64,000 nt of DNA, taken from contig CAZWON010000001.1 in assembly GCA_964635565.1 (NCBI GenBank), positions 71,020-135,019 on the forward strand. The letters are read 5' to 3'. Shown one piece after another: positions 27,804-37,524 of this stretch; within the stretch, counting starts at the first letter, position 1; every line of letters starts with the position of its first letter. The notes beneath the pieces are model-generated. The model was not told the origin of the DNA. It worked only from the letters and a program-made list of their open reading frames with translations, and searched no databases. A program made the translations under genes and the position numbers. Origin of the DNA: an uncultured Planctomycetia bacterium. GTDB lineage: Bacteria; Omnitrophota; Gorgyraeia; Duberdicusellales; 4484-171.

Positions 27804-28280
27804 ATGGATTCACTAATAAAGCATAAAAATATAATTGCAGTTTTTCTTATCAGTATAATTTTTGTTTTTATAGCTCGGCAGATTCATTCAAGTTTTATAC
27901 AGAAATATAGAAAGCTGGATAAAGAAAAAAAAGAATTTGAAGAAAAAAAAGTTTTAGCTAATACGTTATCAAATATTGAGGAAGAGTTTAATAATCTTAA
28001 AAAGAGAGTATTTAAAGGAGACATCTTTGATTTTAAGAAGGTAATAGAGAATAACGCTGCTAAGAGAAAAATTATTGTTGATTCTCTTATTCCTAAAGAA
28101 TTAGAGAATAGGAAGGAATATAAGAAGGTAAGATTTATCCTTGAGCTTAAAACGGATTATGATTCTTTGAGAAAGTTTGTTAGCAACTTAGAATCAACCG
28201 GGTGTGTAGATATAAGATATTTAGAGAGAAGAGGGTTCCATAAATATCTTTTAGAGGTGGTTGTAATATTGAAAGAATAG
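27804..28280 (+). CDS. PilO/GspM-like protein
   Basis: N-terminal TM, coiled coil, YDSLRKFVSNLE motif, position after PilMN. Confidence 0.65.
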   Translation: MDSLIKHKNIIAVFLISIIFVFIARQIHSSFIQKYRKLDKEKKEFEEKKVLANTLSNIEEEFNNLKKRVFKGDIFDFKKVIENNAAKRKIIVDSLIPKELENRKEYKKVRFILELKTDYDSLRKFVSNLESTGCVDIRYLERRGFHKYLLEVVVILKE

Positions 28281-28282
28281 AT

Positions 28283-28699
28283 ATGCGAGTATATATAATA
28301 GCTTTAGGAACAGGGCTGCTTTTATATCTGCCCTATGTAGGATTAACAGAGGAGGAAAGTTTTAAAAGAGACCTTTTTACTCCTCCTTTCAGGAAGATTG
28401 AAAAGAAGACAATGAAGGTTAAGGAACGTCCTTTTAAAAAACCTACTCCTATAAAGAGGGAATTTATTAAGAAGCAAAAAGTTAAACCCCAATATTTAGA
28501 CTTGGAGGTAGAAGGTATAATTTTAAGCGATAATCTCAAACATGCTATAATTGATGGACATCTTTATAAAGAGGGAGATATTGTAGAAAATAAAGACGCT
28601 AAAATAGTAAAGATAGATAAAGGGAGAATTTTTCTTATGTTTAGTGGTGTTTTGTATGAAGTGCCTATTGGAAAAAATATAGAGGAAAAATATAGATGA
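28283..28699 (+). CDS. PilP/GspC-like periplasmic protein
   Basis: RDLFTPP motif, LEVEGII..AIIDG..KEGD..IVKID beta domain; directly upstream of the secretin. Confidence 0.6.
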   Translation: MRVYIIALGTGLLLYLPYVGLTEEESFKRDLFTPPFRKIEKKTMKVKERPFKKPTPIKREFIKKQKVKPQYLDLEVEGIILSDNLKHAIIDGHLYKEGDIVENKDAKIVKIDKGRIFLMFSGVLYEVPIGKNIEEKYR

Positions 28700-28719
28700 G
28701 AGATAAAAGGAGGGAAAAA

Positions 28720-30210
28720 ATGAGATTTATAATATTATTGATATTTATTATCTTACCTTTTAATTTATTTTGTTTTGACTATGAAATTGATAATATATAT
28801 GGAGAGTATCTTATTTCCGATATTAAACATAATATCTCTATGGATTTAGAAAAAGCTCCTTTAATGGAAGTTTTAAAGGCTCTCTCTCAGCAGAGTGGAC
28901 TTAATTTTGTTTCTACAGAAGCAGTAAAAGATAGAGAGATTACTCTTTATCTTGATAATGTTCCTTTAAAAGAGGCAATGGATATAATTTTTAAAGCCAA
29001 CGGTCTTAGTTATGACTATTTCCCTCAGGCAAAGATTTTTGTTGTTAAAGAGATAGGTAAGCCTAAAATAGAATTGAAGACAAAAGTATACACTTTAAAA
29101 TATATTAGATTAGCTTCTTCTCGGTTTCAACAGGAAGTAAATGATTTATTGAATTTAGAAGGAACAGAAGGAGAGAGTGGAGAGATTTCAAGTACTTCTA
29201 CAGAAAGTACTAGCAAAGAGAAAGATATAAAAGATGTTATAGAAAAAGTATTGACTGACAATGGCAAAGTAATAGAAGATACTTATACTAATTCTTTAGT
29301 AGTAGTAGATGTTCCTTCCCAGTTTGTTATAATTGATAAGGTAATTGAACAGTTGGATAAACCACAGCCTCGAGTAATGATTGAAGTGGAGATGTTGGAT
29401 GTTTCCAAGCGTTTAATAGACCAGTTGGGCATAAATTATGAGAATGGTTTTACTATGACTCTTACAGGAGGCAGTTTTAGTACACCGTTTCCTTTTAGGA
29501 AAGGATTTTTAGAAAATCATTCCTCTAGTGAGGTTGAATATACAGCTACTCCTTCTACTTTAAGCCTTACTTCTTTAAGTGCTATGCTTAAGTTTTTTTC
29601 TAAAGACACCTCTACACGCTTTTTGGCGAGGCCAAAAATATTAACATTGTCTAATGAGACTGCTGAAGTTAATTTATCTACCAATGCTGCCATAGGAGTA
29701 ACCACTACTACCTCTGATACTGGTACTACTCAGGAAGTAGAGCGAGCATACTTAGGCACAAAGTTAAGAGTTACTCCCCATATTAATCTTGCCACAAAAG
29801 AAATTACGATGGTAGTAGAGGTGTACAATCGAGAAGCCACAGACAGTGGTTTAAGCATTTCAGGGCTAACTACAGGGAATTTAAAAGACCCAGAGGAGAG
29901 AGGAACAAAGTCTATCGTTCGCCTTAAAGATGGGCAGACTCTTCTTATTGGTGGTCTTATTCGGCAAGATAAGACAGAGACTTTTGAAAAAGTTCCCTTT
30001 TTAGGTGATATACCGTTGTTAGGGGCAATGTTTAGATATAAAAACAAGGATAATACTGAAAGGGAACTGCTTGTATTTTTGACACCCCATATTATAGAAA
30101 ATGAAGGGGATAGCTTTGCTTTTTCTAAGTTGAATAAGTTAAGAGAGCAGAGTTTTTATTCTCGCAGAGAAGCAGTTACCGATGCTTTAGATAGTTTTTC
30201 TAAGAGGTAA
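28720..30210 (+). CDS. Type II/IV secretin (PilQ/GspD family)
   Basis: STN-like ISMDLEKAPL, N3 TNSLVVVD, LARPKILTLSNETA, KVPFLGDIPLLGAMF, ELLVFLTPHII; ATG 28720 has AGGAGG RBS (track start 28696). Confidence 0.92.
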   Translation: MRFIILLIFIILPFNLFCFDYEIDNIYGEYLISDIKHNISMDLEKAPLMEVLKALSQQSGLNFVSTEAVKDREITLYLDNVPLKEAMDIIFKANGLSYDYFPQAKIFVVKEIGKPKIELKTKVYTLKYIRLASSRFQQEVNDLLNLEGTEGESGEISSTSTESTSKEKDIKDVIEKVLTDNGKVIEDTYTNSLVVVDVPSQFVIIDKVIEQLDKPQPRVMIEVEMLDVSKRLIDQLGINYENGFTMTLTGGSFSTPFPFRKGFLENHSSSEVEYTATPSTLSLTSLSAMLKFFSKDTSTRFLARPKILTLSNETAEVNLSTNAAIGVTTTTSDTGTTQEVERAYLGTKLRVTPHINLATKEITMVVEVYNREATDSGLSISGLTTGNLKDPEERGTKSIVRLKDGQTLLIGGLIRQDKTETFEKVPFLGDIPLLGAMFRYKNKDNTERELLVFLTPHIIENEGDSFAFSKLNKLREQSFYSRREAVTDALDSFSKR

Positions 30211-30214
30211 TAGT

Positions 30215-31921
30215 ATGGCAGTTCACAGGAGGTTAGGAGAGATTCTTCTTGCAGAAGGGATGATTACCGAAGAGCAGATTGCTGAAGCAGTTTCTATTCA
30301 AAAAAAAGAAGGAGGAAGGTTAGGAGAATTATTAATTAAGTTAGGGTATATAGATGAAGAGCAGATAGTTTATGCCTTAAGTAAACAGTTGGCTATTCCC
30401 CGTATTAGTTTATCTTCAGGAAGATTAAAACCCACCGATGATGCTGAGTTAAAAAATATTATTCCTTATGATTTTGCCATAAAAAATTTAGTTTTACCTT
30501 TATCGCGCAACCTTAATGTTCTTACTATTGCTCTTTTTGATCCCCTTGATTTGATTCTTATTGATAACTTAAAAAAATTAACAGGTTATGAAATTAACCC
30601 TGTTATTAGTACGCGTTCTGATATTATAGAGGCTATTGAGAATTTTTATGGTAAAGAGAGAGCGTTTCAGCAGGCAATAAAAGATTCCTACAAAAAAACA
30701 GAGGATACTACTATTGTAGAGGATTATTCTGGTATAGAGCTTAGTTTAGATAAGCTTATTGCTAAAACTGAAGAGGCACCTGTAGTTAAATTAGTGGATT
30801 TAATCATAAGACAGGCTATAGAAGAAAATGCCTCTGACATTCATATTGAGCCTCAGCGTGATAAATTGAGTTTGAGATATAGGATTGATGGTGTACTTTA
30901 TGAGATTCCTCCTCCCTCAAAAACATTACAGTTGGCTTTAATTTCTCGAATAAAAATCCTTTCTAAAATGAATATTGCTGAGAAGCGTCTCCCTCAGGAT
31001 GGGGGGTTTATGGTTAAAATGGAAGATAGACTTATTGATTTACGAGTTTCTACTATTCCCACAATTTATGGAGAAAAAATAGTCCTTAGAATTCTTGATA
31101 GGTCACGTGTCCCTTTAGAATTAGAAAAACTTGGTTTTTTATCGCAGGAACTTAGTCTTATAAAACAGGGGATATCTTTCTCTTATGGTTTAGTTTTTCT
31201 TACAGGTCCAACAGGAAGCGGAAAATCAACTACTCTTTATGCATCTTTAAGTGAACTCAATGATAATTCTCGTAATATAATTACTATTGAGGATCCTGTG
31301 GAGTATCGTTTGGATGGGATAAATCAAGTCCAGGTTAAAGCTGAGATAGGTTTAACTTTTGGTAATGTTTTAAGAAGTTTTCTAAGGCAGGATCCTGATA
31401 TTATTCTCGTAGGAGAGGTGAGAGATTTAGAGACAGCAGAAATATGTGTAAGAGCTGCTCTTACGGGGCATCTTGTATTATCTACATTACATACTAATAA
31501 TGCCAGCGGAGCAATTGTTAGATTGGTAGATATGGGAATACCAAATTATCTTGTTGCTTCCTCTTTACGTTTAATTGTTGCCCAAAGATTGGTAAGAAAA
31601 TTATGCCCTTTTTGTAAAGAGCCTTATGAAGTGAAGCAGATAAATCTTCCTGCCAACTTCACTCTGAATACTTCCTTAATTTATAAACCCCGCGGTTGCA
31701 AAAAATGTAACTTTGTAGGTTTTAGGGGAAGGACGGTGATAGCAGAGGTTATTTTTGTAGATGAAGAGATTAGAGATGCTATATATAAAAATCTCAACCC
31801 TAAACAGATACTAGAGATTGCTAAAAAGAAAGGGACATTAAGTTTATTAGAAAGCGGGCTAAGAAGAGTGGAAGAAGGTTTAACTTCTTTAGAAGAAGTT
31901 TTATCTGTAGCTATATATTAA
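30215..31921 (+). CDS. pilB: PilB/GspE-family assembly ATPase
   Basis: RLGEILL MshEN-like N-terminus, ASDIHIEP, GPTGSGKST, LRQDPDIILVGEVRD, CPFC..CKKC Zn motif. Confidence 0.9.
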   Translation: MAVHRRLGEILLAEGMITEEQIAEAVSIQKKEGGRLGELLIKLGYIDEEQIVYALSKQLAIPRISLSSGRLKPTDDAELKNIIPYDFAIKNLVLPLSRNLNVLTIALFDPLDLILIDNLKKLTGYEINPVISTRSDIIEAIENFYGKERAFQQAIKDSYKKTEDTTIVEDYSGIELSLDKLIAKTEEAPVVKLVDLIIRQAIEENASDIHIEPQRDKLSLRYRIDGVLYEIPPPSKTLQLALISRIKILSKMNIAEKRLPQDGGFMVKMEDRLIDLRVSTIPTIYGEKIVLRILDRSRVPLELEKLGFLSQELSLIKQGISFSYGLVFLTGPTGSGKSTTLYASLSELNDNSRNIITIEDPVEYRLDGINQVQVKAEIGLTFGNVLRSFLRQDPDIILVGEVRDLETAEICVRAALTGHLVLSTLHTNNASGAIVRLVDMGIPNYLVASSLRLIVAQRLVRKLCPFCKEPYEVKQINLPANFTLNTSLIYKPRGCKKCNFVGFRGRTVIAEVIFVDEEIRDAIYKNLNPKQILEIAKKKGTLSLLESGLRRVEEGLTSLEEVLSVAIY

Positions 31922-31958
31922 CTCCTGTTTAACTAATATTTTAATTAAATTTAAAAGA

Positions 31959-33191
31959 ATGGCACTATATAGGTATGTTGCCAAAACAAAAGACGGAAGG
32001 ACAATAAAGGAAGTAGCAGATGCTAGTAGCCAGAAAGAGCTTATTAATAGGCTGCGGGCGAAAAATTTATTTATCATTTCTATTATTGACTTGAGAAAAG
32101 AAGAGAAGAGAGGGGGTAAAAAATTTTCTTTTATAAAAAGAAGCAGAAGGCATGCAGGAATAAAGGCATTAGATATGTGTTACTTTGCTCGTAATCTTTC
32201 TGTTGCTCTTTCTACAGGCGTTCCTCTCTTAAAGAGCTTAGAGGTTATCAGTGTTGAAGTAGAAAGCATAGGTCTTTCTAGGATACTGGAAAAAATAAAG
32301 GAAGATATAAGGAGTGGACTTTCTTTAAGTGAGTCAATAGAGAAATATCCCCGGATTTTTTCTTCTCTATGGAAAGGAATTATAGAAGTAGGAGAGGCTT
32401 CAGGTAATCTTCCTTTTGTATTAGAAAAATTAGCAGAATATTTAGAAATGAGGATTGAATTTGAGAGGAAAATAAAAAGCGCTCTCATTTATCCTGTAAT
32501 AGTATGTAGTTTTGGTGTCATTGCTGTTACTGTGTTTTTTAAATTTGTTCTTCCTCGGTTTACTACAATTTTTAAGCAGTTTAATATTGAATTACCTTTT
32601 CTTACTAACATCCTTATAGGTATAAGCAGGTTTTTTAATGAACATTTTTTTCTTCTCGTAGGTTCTCTATTGGCCATTATCGTTATTTTTTTCCAGTTAA
32701 GAAAACTAGAGTTTGGTAGAAATTTTATTGATAGAACCAAGCTAATTCTACCTTTGATAAATGATTTTGTTATTCTTGTTAGTGTGGAAAGGTTTTCTTC
32801 TACAATGTATATTCTTCTAGAGAGCGGAGTACCTATTATTTATACATTAGAAATTATTGGAAAAAGCATTGGTAATGTAGTGTTAGAGAAAGTAATTTTT
32901 CTTATAAGAGATAATGTAAAAAAAGGAAGGAATCTTTCTGCAGAACTTGCAAGAATGGAAATTTTTCCCTCTTTGGTTTCGGCAATAGCAAAAATAGGAG
33001 AAGAGACAGGTAATATGCCTGAGGTATTTAAGAGATTGTCTGGGCACTATCGCCAGGAATTAAACACAAAGATGGAGCGGATTATTGCTCTTTTTGAGCC
33101 GTTGATAATTGTTCTTTTAGGAATAATAATTGGGACAGTTGTTATAGCTCTTTTTCTTCCTATCTTTAAATTATCCACATTAGGTAGTTAA
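31959..33191 (+). CDS. pilC: PilC/GspF inner-membrane platform protein
   Basis: GEASGNL, KSALIYP, GEETGNM, FEPLIIV..ALFLPIF. Confidence 0.9.
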   Translation: MALYRYVAKTKDGRTIKEVADASSQKELINRLRAKNLFIISIIDLRKEEKRGGKKFSFIKRSRRHAGIKALDMCYFARNLSVALSTGVPLLKSLEVISVEVESIGLSRILEKIKEDIRSGLSLSESIEKYPRIFSSLWKGIIEVGEASGNLPFVLEKLAEYLEMRIEFERKIKSALIYPVIVCSFGVIAVTVFFKFVLPRFTTIFKQFNIELPFLTNILIGISRFFNEHFFLLVGSLLAIIVIFFQLRKLEFGRNFIDRTKLILPLINDFVILVSVERFSSTMYILLESGVPIIYTLEIIGKSIGNVVLEKVIFLIRDNVKKGRNLSAELARMEIFPSLVSAIAKIGEETGNMPEVFKRLSGHYRQELNTKMERIIALFEPLIIVLLGIIIGTVVIALFLPIFKLSTLGS

Positions 33192-33280
33192 AAATCATCT
33201 TACTTATTTTCATATTTCCTATTTTAAAATATAATAAATAAAATATAATATAAATATAGAAGGATAAGAGCAAATGTGGA

Positions 33281-35116
33281 ATGAAATATGATGTGATTGT
33301 TGTAGGGGCTGGTCATGCAGGGATTGAGGCTAGTTTTTCCGCAGCAAAACTAGGCGCAAAAGTCCTTTTAACTACTTTAGACATAGACGCTATAGGTAAA
33401 CTTTCTTGTAATCCTGCTGTGGGAGGGGTTTCCAAAGGTCATCTGGTAAGAGAAGTAGATGCCCTGGGAGGTCTTATAGGAAAGATAACCGATAGTTGTG
33501 CTATTAGCTATAGAAGGTTAAATAAAAGTAAAGGTAAGGCAGTGTGGGCTACACGGGCTCAAGTAGATAGATTTGTTTATCCTCGTATAGCTAGAAATTA
33601 TTTAGAAAAAAAAGAAAATATTCATATTTTAGAATGTCAAATAGACCATATAATAACTAAGAATAAAAAAGTTTATGGCGTGGAAACAAACTTTGGCGAA
33701 GTTTTTTTAGGAAAAAAGATTATTATTTGCGCAGGAACCTTTCTTAGAGGTATCATTCATATAGGAATGAAAAGTTTTCCCGGAGGAAGATTAGATGAGC
33801 CTTCAAGTGATATGTTATTCACTTCCATTTGTAAGTTGGGATTTAGGACAAAACACTTTAAAACAGGTACCTGTGCACGTTTAGATAAAAGAACAATAGA
33901 TTTTTCAAAGATGATTGAACAGCTTCCTGATGAGGACGTTGAGACCTTTTCTTTATCCAATAATAAAATTAATTCCTCTCAGTTAAGTTGTTATGTAACA
34001 TATACCAATCCTAAAACACATAGAGTTATTATGCGCAATTTAAAATATTCCCCTCTTTATACAGGGAAAATAAAATCTTGCGGCGTTAGATATTGTCCTT
34101 CTTTAGAGGATAAGGTAGTTAAGTTTTCTGACAAAGATAGGCATCAGGTATTTATTGAGCCAGAAGGTAGAGAATCATTAGAGGTTTATCCCAACGGCAT
34201 TTCTACCTCTCTTCCTTTAGGGGTTCAGTATAAATTTATTCATACTATAGAGGGGTTAGAAGAGGCACGGATTGTACGACCTGGATATGGTATTGAACAT
34301 GGATTAATTGATCCGTGCCAGCTTTATCCTACTTTGGAATCTAAACTTATTGAAGGATTGTATTTTGCTGGCCAGGTAAATGGTACCACAGGGTATGAGG
34401 AGGCGGCAGCGCAAGGGATTATTGCAGGGATAAATGTTGGTTTAAGCTTGCAGAAGAAGAAACCGTTTATTGTTACCAGACATATGGGTTTTATTGGTGT
34501 TTTAATTGATGACCTTGTTACTAAAGGAGTTGATGAACCTTATCGGATGTTTACTTCTCGTTCTGAGTTAAGATTATCCCTGCGAGAATCCAATGCTGAT
34601 TTGCGTTTAGGAAAGTATGCTTACGGTATGGGATTAATAGACAGAAAGGATTATGAAATGATAATTAGAAAACATCAATTGATAGATAAAGAGATAAAAA
34701 AGTTAAAATCAACAAAAATTTTTTTTAAAGGAACAAAAAGGACTATCTATGAAATTCTTAAGATGCCCCAGACTTCTTATGATGATTTCAAAAAATACAT
34801 TGGTTCTGATTTAGATGATAGTTTAGCTAAAAGAGAAGTGGAAATCATAATAAAATACGAAGGGTTTATTAAAAGAGAAGAGCAGAGTTTAAAATTTTTT
34901 GATAATTTCAAGAAAATCAAAATACCTTCTAATATTAATTTTAATTATATTCCATCTTTATCTTGCGAGATTAGAGAAAAATTGTCAAAATTTAGACCTG
35001 AAAGTTTAGAGGAGGCTTTAAGAATTAGCGGAGTAACGCCAGCAGCAGTCCTGCACATTTTGAATTATATTAACCGAAGAAGAAAGGAGGACGATGGATC
35101 TAAAAGTGTTTCTTAA
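33281..35116 (+). CDS. mnmG: tRNA uridine-5-carboxymethylaminomethyl modification enzyme MnmG/GidA
   Basis: VGAGHAGIEA, SCNPAVGG, RYCPSLEDK, AGQVNGTTGYEEAAAQG, EPYRMFTSR. Confidence 0.96.
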   Translation: MKYDVIVVGAGHAGIEASFSAAKLGAKVLLTTLDIDAIGKLSCNPAVGGVSKGHLVREVDALGGLIGKITDSCAISYRRLNKSKGKAVWATRAQVDRFVYPRIARNYLEKKENIHILECQIDHIITKNKKVYGVETNFGEVFLGKKIIICAGTFLRGIIHIGMKSFPGGRLDEPSSDMLFTSICKLGFRTKHFKTGTCARLDKRTIDFSKMIEQLPDEDVETFSLSNNKINSSQLSCYVTYTNPKTHRVIMRNLKYSPLYTGKIKSCGVRYCPSLEDKVVKFSDKDRHQVFIEPEGRESLEVYPNGISTSLPLGVQYKFIHTIEGLEEARIVRPGYGIEHGLIDPCQLYPTLESKLIEGLYFAGQVNGTTGYEEAAAQGIIAGINVGLSLQKKKPFIVTRHMGFIGVLIDDLVTKGVDEPYRMFTSRSELRLSLRESNADLRLGKYAYGMGLIDRKDYEMIIRKHQLIDKEIKKLKSTKIFFKGTKRTIYEILKMPQTSYDDFKKYIGSDLDDSLAKREVEIIIKYEGFIKREEQSLKFFDNFKKIKIPSNINFNYIPSLSCEIREKLSKFRPESLEEALRISGVTPAAVLHILNYINRRRKEDDGSKSVS

Positions 35117-35366
35117 TACTTTTATGGTAATATTTATTGCGGAGATATTTGATAAAACAGAATTAGCAATTTTCTCTTTTTCATTAAGAAATCAAGGAAG
35201 ATTTTCTATCTTCTTAGGTGCAATGATAGCTTTTCTAATCTCTACTATTTTAGCATTAGTTTTAGGAAGTTTTATAAGTCACATCATTAGCGCTAAGTTT
35301 ATTCGCTATATAAGTTCTGGCATATTCTTGATTACAAGTATACTTATTTTTATAGGTAAGATTTAA
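35094..35366 (+). CDS. TMEM165/GDT1 (UPF0016) family single-domain membrane protein
   Basis: Three TM segments; AEIFDKTEL resembles the ExGDKT signature. Confidence 0.75.
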   Translation: MDLKVFLNTFMVIFIAEIFDKTELAIFSFSLRNQGRFSIFLGAMIAFLISTILALVLGSFISHIISAKFIRYISSGIFLITSILIFIGKI

Positions 35367-35437
35367 CACTCAGCTTTCTGTATAGCTTAAAATTTTATCT
35401 TGTTTTGTGATATAAAAATCTTTCCTTATAAAATTTT

Positions 35438-36523
35438 CTAAATGATATTAAGATATTTTCCAATATAATTGGAGAATTTATCGGTTGCTCCATAAGGCGT
35501 TAATATCTCTTTTACTTCTCTAAGTTTTCTCTGTATGAGGGTATATTTATCCTTATTATTTATATACTCAAGGGTTACTTCTGCTATTTTTTGAGGATTA
35601 ATATCTTTTTGCAGAAGTTCTTCTACTATTCTATGAGAGGATAATATATTTACCATCCCTATATATTTTGTTTTGACCATTTTCTTTAGGAGATACCAGC
35701 TTAAAGGATTTATTTTATAGATTATTAAATGAGGGATTTCTAATATAGCCATTTCAATAGTTGCTGTTCCTGAAGAGGCAATTATAAACTTTGATTCTCC
35801 TAATGCCTTGTAAGAATGAGGGATTAAAGAAAGGCCACGAGCATATTTTTTATAATAATTATCTTCAATATTTTCTGATTTTATTATTCTAAAAAGATAA
35901 TCATTAAGTTTTTCTTTTAGAATTTTGTAGGTTTTATTTAAAATAGGAAGATGATGTTTTATTTCGTTTTTACGTGAGCCGGGAAGGAAAGAAATAATAT
36001 TTTTTCTTTTATACTCACTGGCAGGACTAATTATTTCTAAGAGAGGATGCCCAAAATATAGCGTTTTGATTCCTTTTTTAATATAGAAATCTTGCTCAAA
36101 CTTAAAGATAACTACCATTTTATCTATATATTTTCTAATAATTTCTATTCTTTTTTCTCTCCATGCCCATACTTGAGGGCTTACATAATAGAAGATAGGA
36201 TAATTTTTATTAAGTTTCTTTGCCAATCTTAGATTGAAATCAGGAAAATCAATAAGAATTATTAAGTCAGGTTTAATATCGTCAATATACCAGAGGGCTT
36301 TCTGGAATATGTTTATAAATTTATTTAGTTTTATTAAAGCTTCATATATACCCGAGACAGAATAAGATGTAAGATTTATGAGTTGATGAGAATATTGACG
36401 AAGAGCATTTCCTCCTAAGGAATAAATCTTAAGGGAAGAAAATTTGTTTTTTAATTTTTCGCTTAATAGTGCTCCATAGATATCACCTGATTTATCTCCT
36501 GCAACAATAATTATTTTCTTCAT
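35438..36523 (-). CDS. lpxB: Lipid-A-disaccharide synthase
   Basis: Reverse complement from 36523 reads ATG AAG AAA ATA ATT ATT GTT GCA GGA GAT = MKKIIIVAGD, so the gene is on the minus strand (track label + is wrong). IDFPDFN, YVSPQVWAWR, LPGSR, SSGTATIE. Confidence 0.95.
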   Translation of the reverse strand: MKKIIIVAGDKSGDIYGALLSEKLKNKFSSLKIYSLGGNALRQYSHQLINLTSYSVSGIYEALIKLNKFINIFQKALWYIDDIKPDLIILIDFPDFNLRLAKKLNKNYPIFYYVSPQVWAWREKRIEIIRKYIDKMVVIFKFEQDFYIKKGIKTLYFGHPLLEIISPASEYKRKNIISFLPGSRKNEIKHHLPILNKTYKILKEKLNDYLFRIIKSENIEDNYYKKYARGLSLIPHSYKALGESKFIIASSGTATIEMAILEIPHLIIYKINPLSWYLLKKMVKTKYIGMVNILSSHRIVEELLQKDINPQKIAEVTLEYINNKDKYTLIQRKLREVKEILTPYGATDKFSNYIGKYLNII

Positions 36524-36529
36524 TTGACT

Positions 36530-37426
36530 TTATGTTATTGCTTTTTGAATATTCAATGATACCAAGAGAGCATCTTTTGCTTTCTTTGCATAGAGAGTAG
36601 AGAAGTGTTTCTTTTTAACTAACTCTATAAATTCATGAATTTCTTTTTTTAATGGTTCTTCTCTGTTAATACGAAGAGTAGAAGCAATAATTTTTTCTCT
36701 AATCTTTTTATATACTTCTACCTTTTGCTGGGCATAGTCTAAGGAAATGTAACAATTTTTCATAAATATTCTTATTTTTCTTTCTTTCTTCTGAGATATG
36801 CGAGAAGAAGTTATGTTAGCAACACATCCTTTCTTAAAAGTAATACGAGCATTAGCAATATCTTCTGTAGAAGAAAGAACCTTTACGCCTTTTGCTTCTA
36901 TTTTTTTTACTTTATCTTTAACAAGGTCAAGAATAATATCAACATCATGAATCATCAAATCCAGCACTACACTTATATCTAAAGACCGATGAGGATAGGG
37001 GTTCAAACGGTGGCATTCGATAAATTTTGGCTCTTTTACCATTTTTTTAACCGCTAAGTATGCATTATTGTATCTTTCTACATGTCCTACAAAAAGAAGT
37101 GTTTTGTACTGTTGAGAAAGGAAAATAAGTTTTGATGCTTCTTTTACGGTATTAGTTAGTGGTTTCTCCACAAGAACAGGAATTCTATATTTTAAAAAGA
37201 AAGAGGCGATTTCATAATGGAAAAGAGTGGGGGTAGCAATACTTACTAAATTGACTTTACCTAAGAGATTTCTGTAGTTAACAAGAAATTCTTCTTTAAA
37301 TTCTCTTTTTCTTGCAGGATTTGTATCTACAAGGTATATTTTTTCTATCTCTTTAATTTGGTTATAGATACGATAATGAATTCTTCCTATATTTCCTATA
37401 CCAATAATTCCTACATTTAGCTTCAC
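36530..37426 (-). CDS. Gfo/Idh/MocA family NAD-dependent oxidoreductase, GnnA-like (UDP-GlcNAc 3-dehydrogenase candidate)
   Basis: Reverse complement from 37426 reads GTG AAG CTA AAT GTA GGA (minus strand; track label + is wrong). GIGNIG, VEKP, GHVERYN, DLMIHDVD; directly upstream of lpxB. Confidence 0.85.
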   Translation of the reverse strand: MKLNVGIIGIGNIGRIHYRIYNQIKEIEKIYLVDTNPARKREFKEEFLVNYRNLLGKVNLVSIATPTLFHYEIASFFLKYRIPVLVEKPLTNTVKEASKLIFLSQQYKTLLFVGHVERYNNAYLAVKKMVKEPKFIECHRLNPYPHRSLDISVVLDLMIHDVDIILDLVKDKVKKIEAKGVKVLSSTEDIANARITFKKGCVANITSSRISQKKERKIRIFMKNCYISLDYAQQKVEVYKKIREKIIASTLRINREEPLKKEIHEFIELVKKKHFSTLYAKKAKDALLVSLNIQKAIT

Positions 37427-37432
37427 ACAACA

Positions 37433-37476
37433 ATATTATCAAATACCTTGTTAAAAGTCAATCAATGTGGTAAAAT
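37433..37476. promoter_or_regulatory. Overlapping divergent sigma70-type promoters (Gfo-lpxB leftward, msbA rightward)
   Basis: Minus strand: TTGACT-17-TAATAT (37461 to 37433). Plus strand: TTGTTA-17-TAAAAT (37448-37476) with TG extension. Confidence 0.55.
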
Positions 37477-37524
37477 CCTCACTATCTATTATCATCTATT
37501 AGGTAAAATTTATAGAGGCAAGTT

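Noticed and set aside
33226-33260. AAATATAAT repeats upstream of mnmG
   Set aside because: Low-complexity A/T sequence that cannot be distinguished from background or tandem -10-like boxes.
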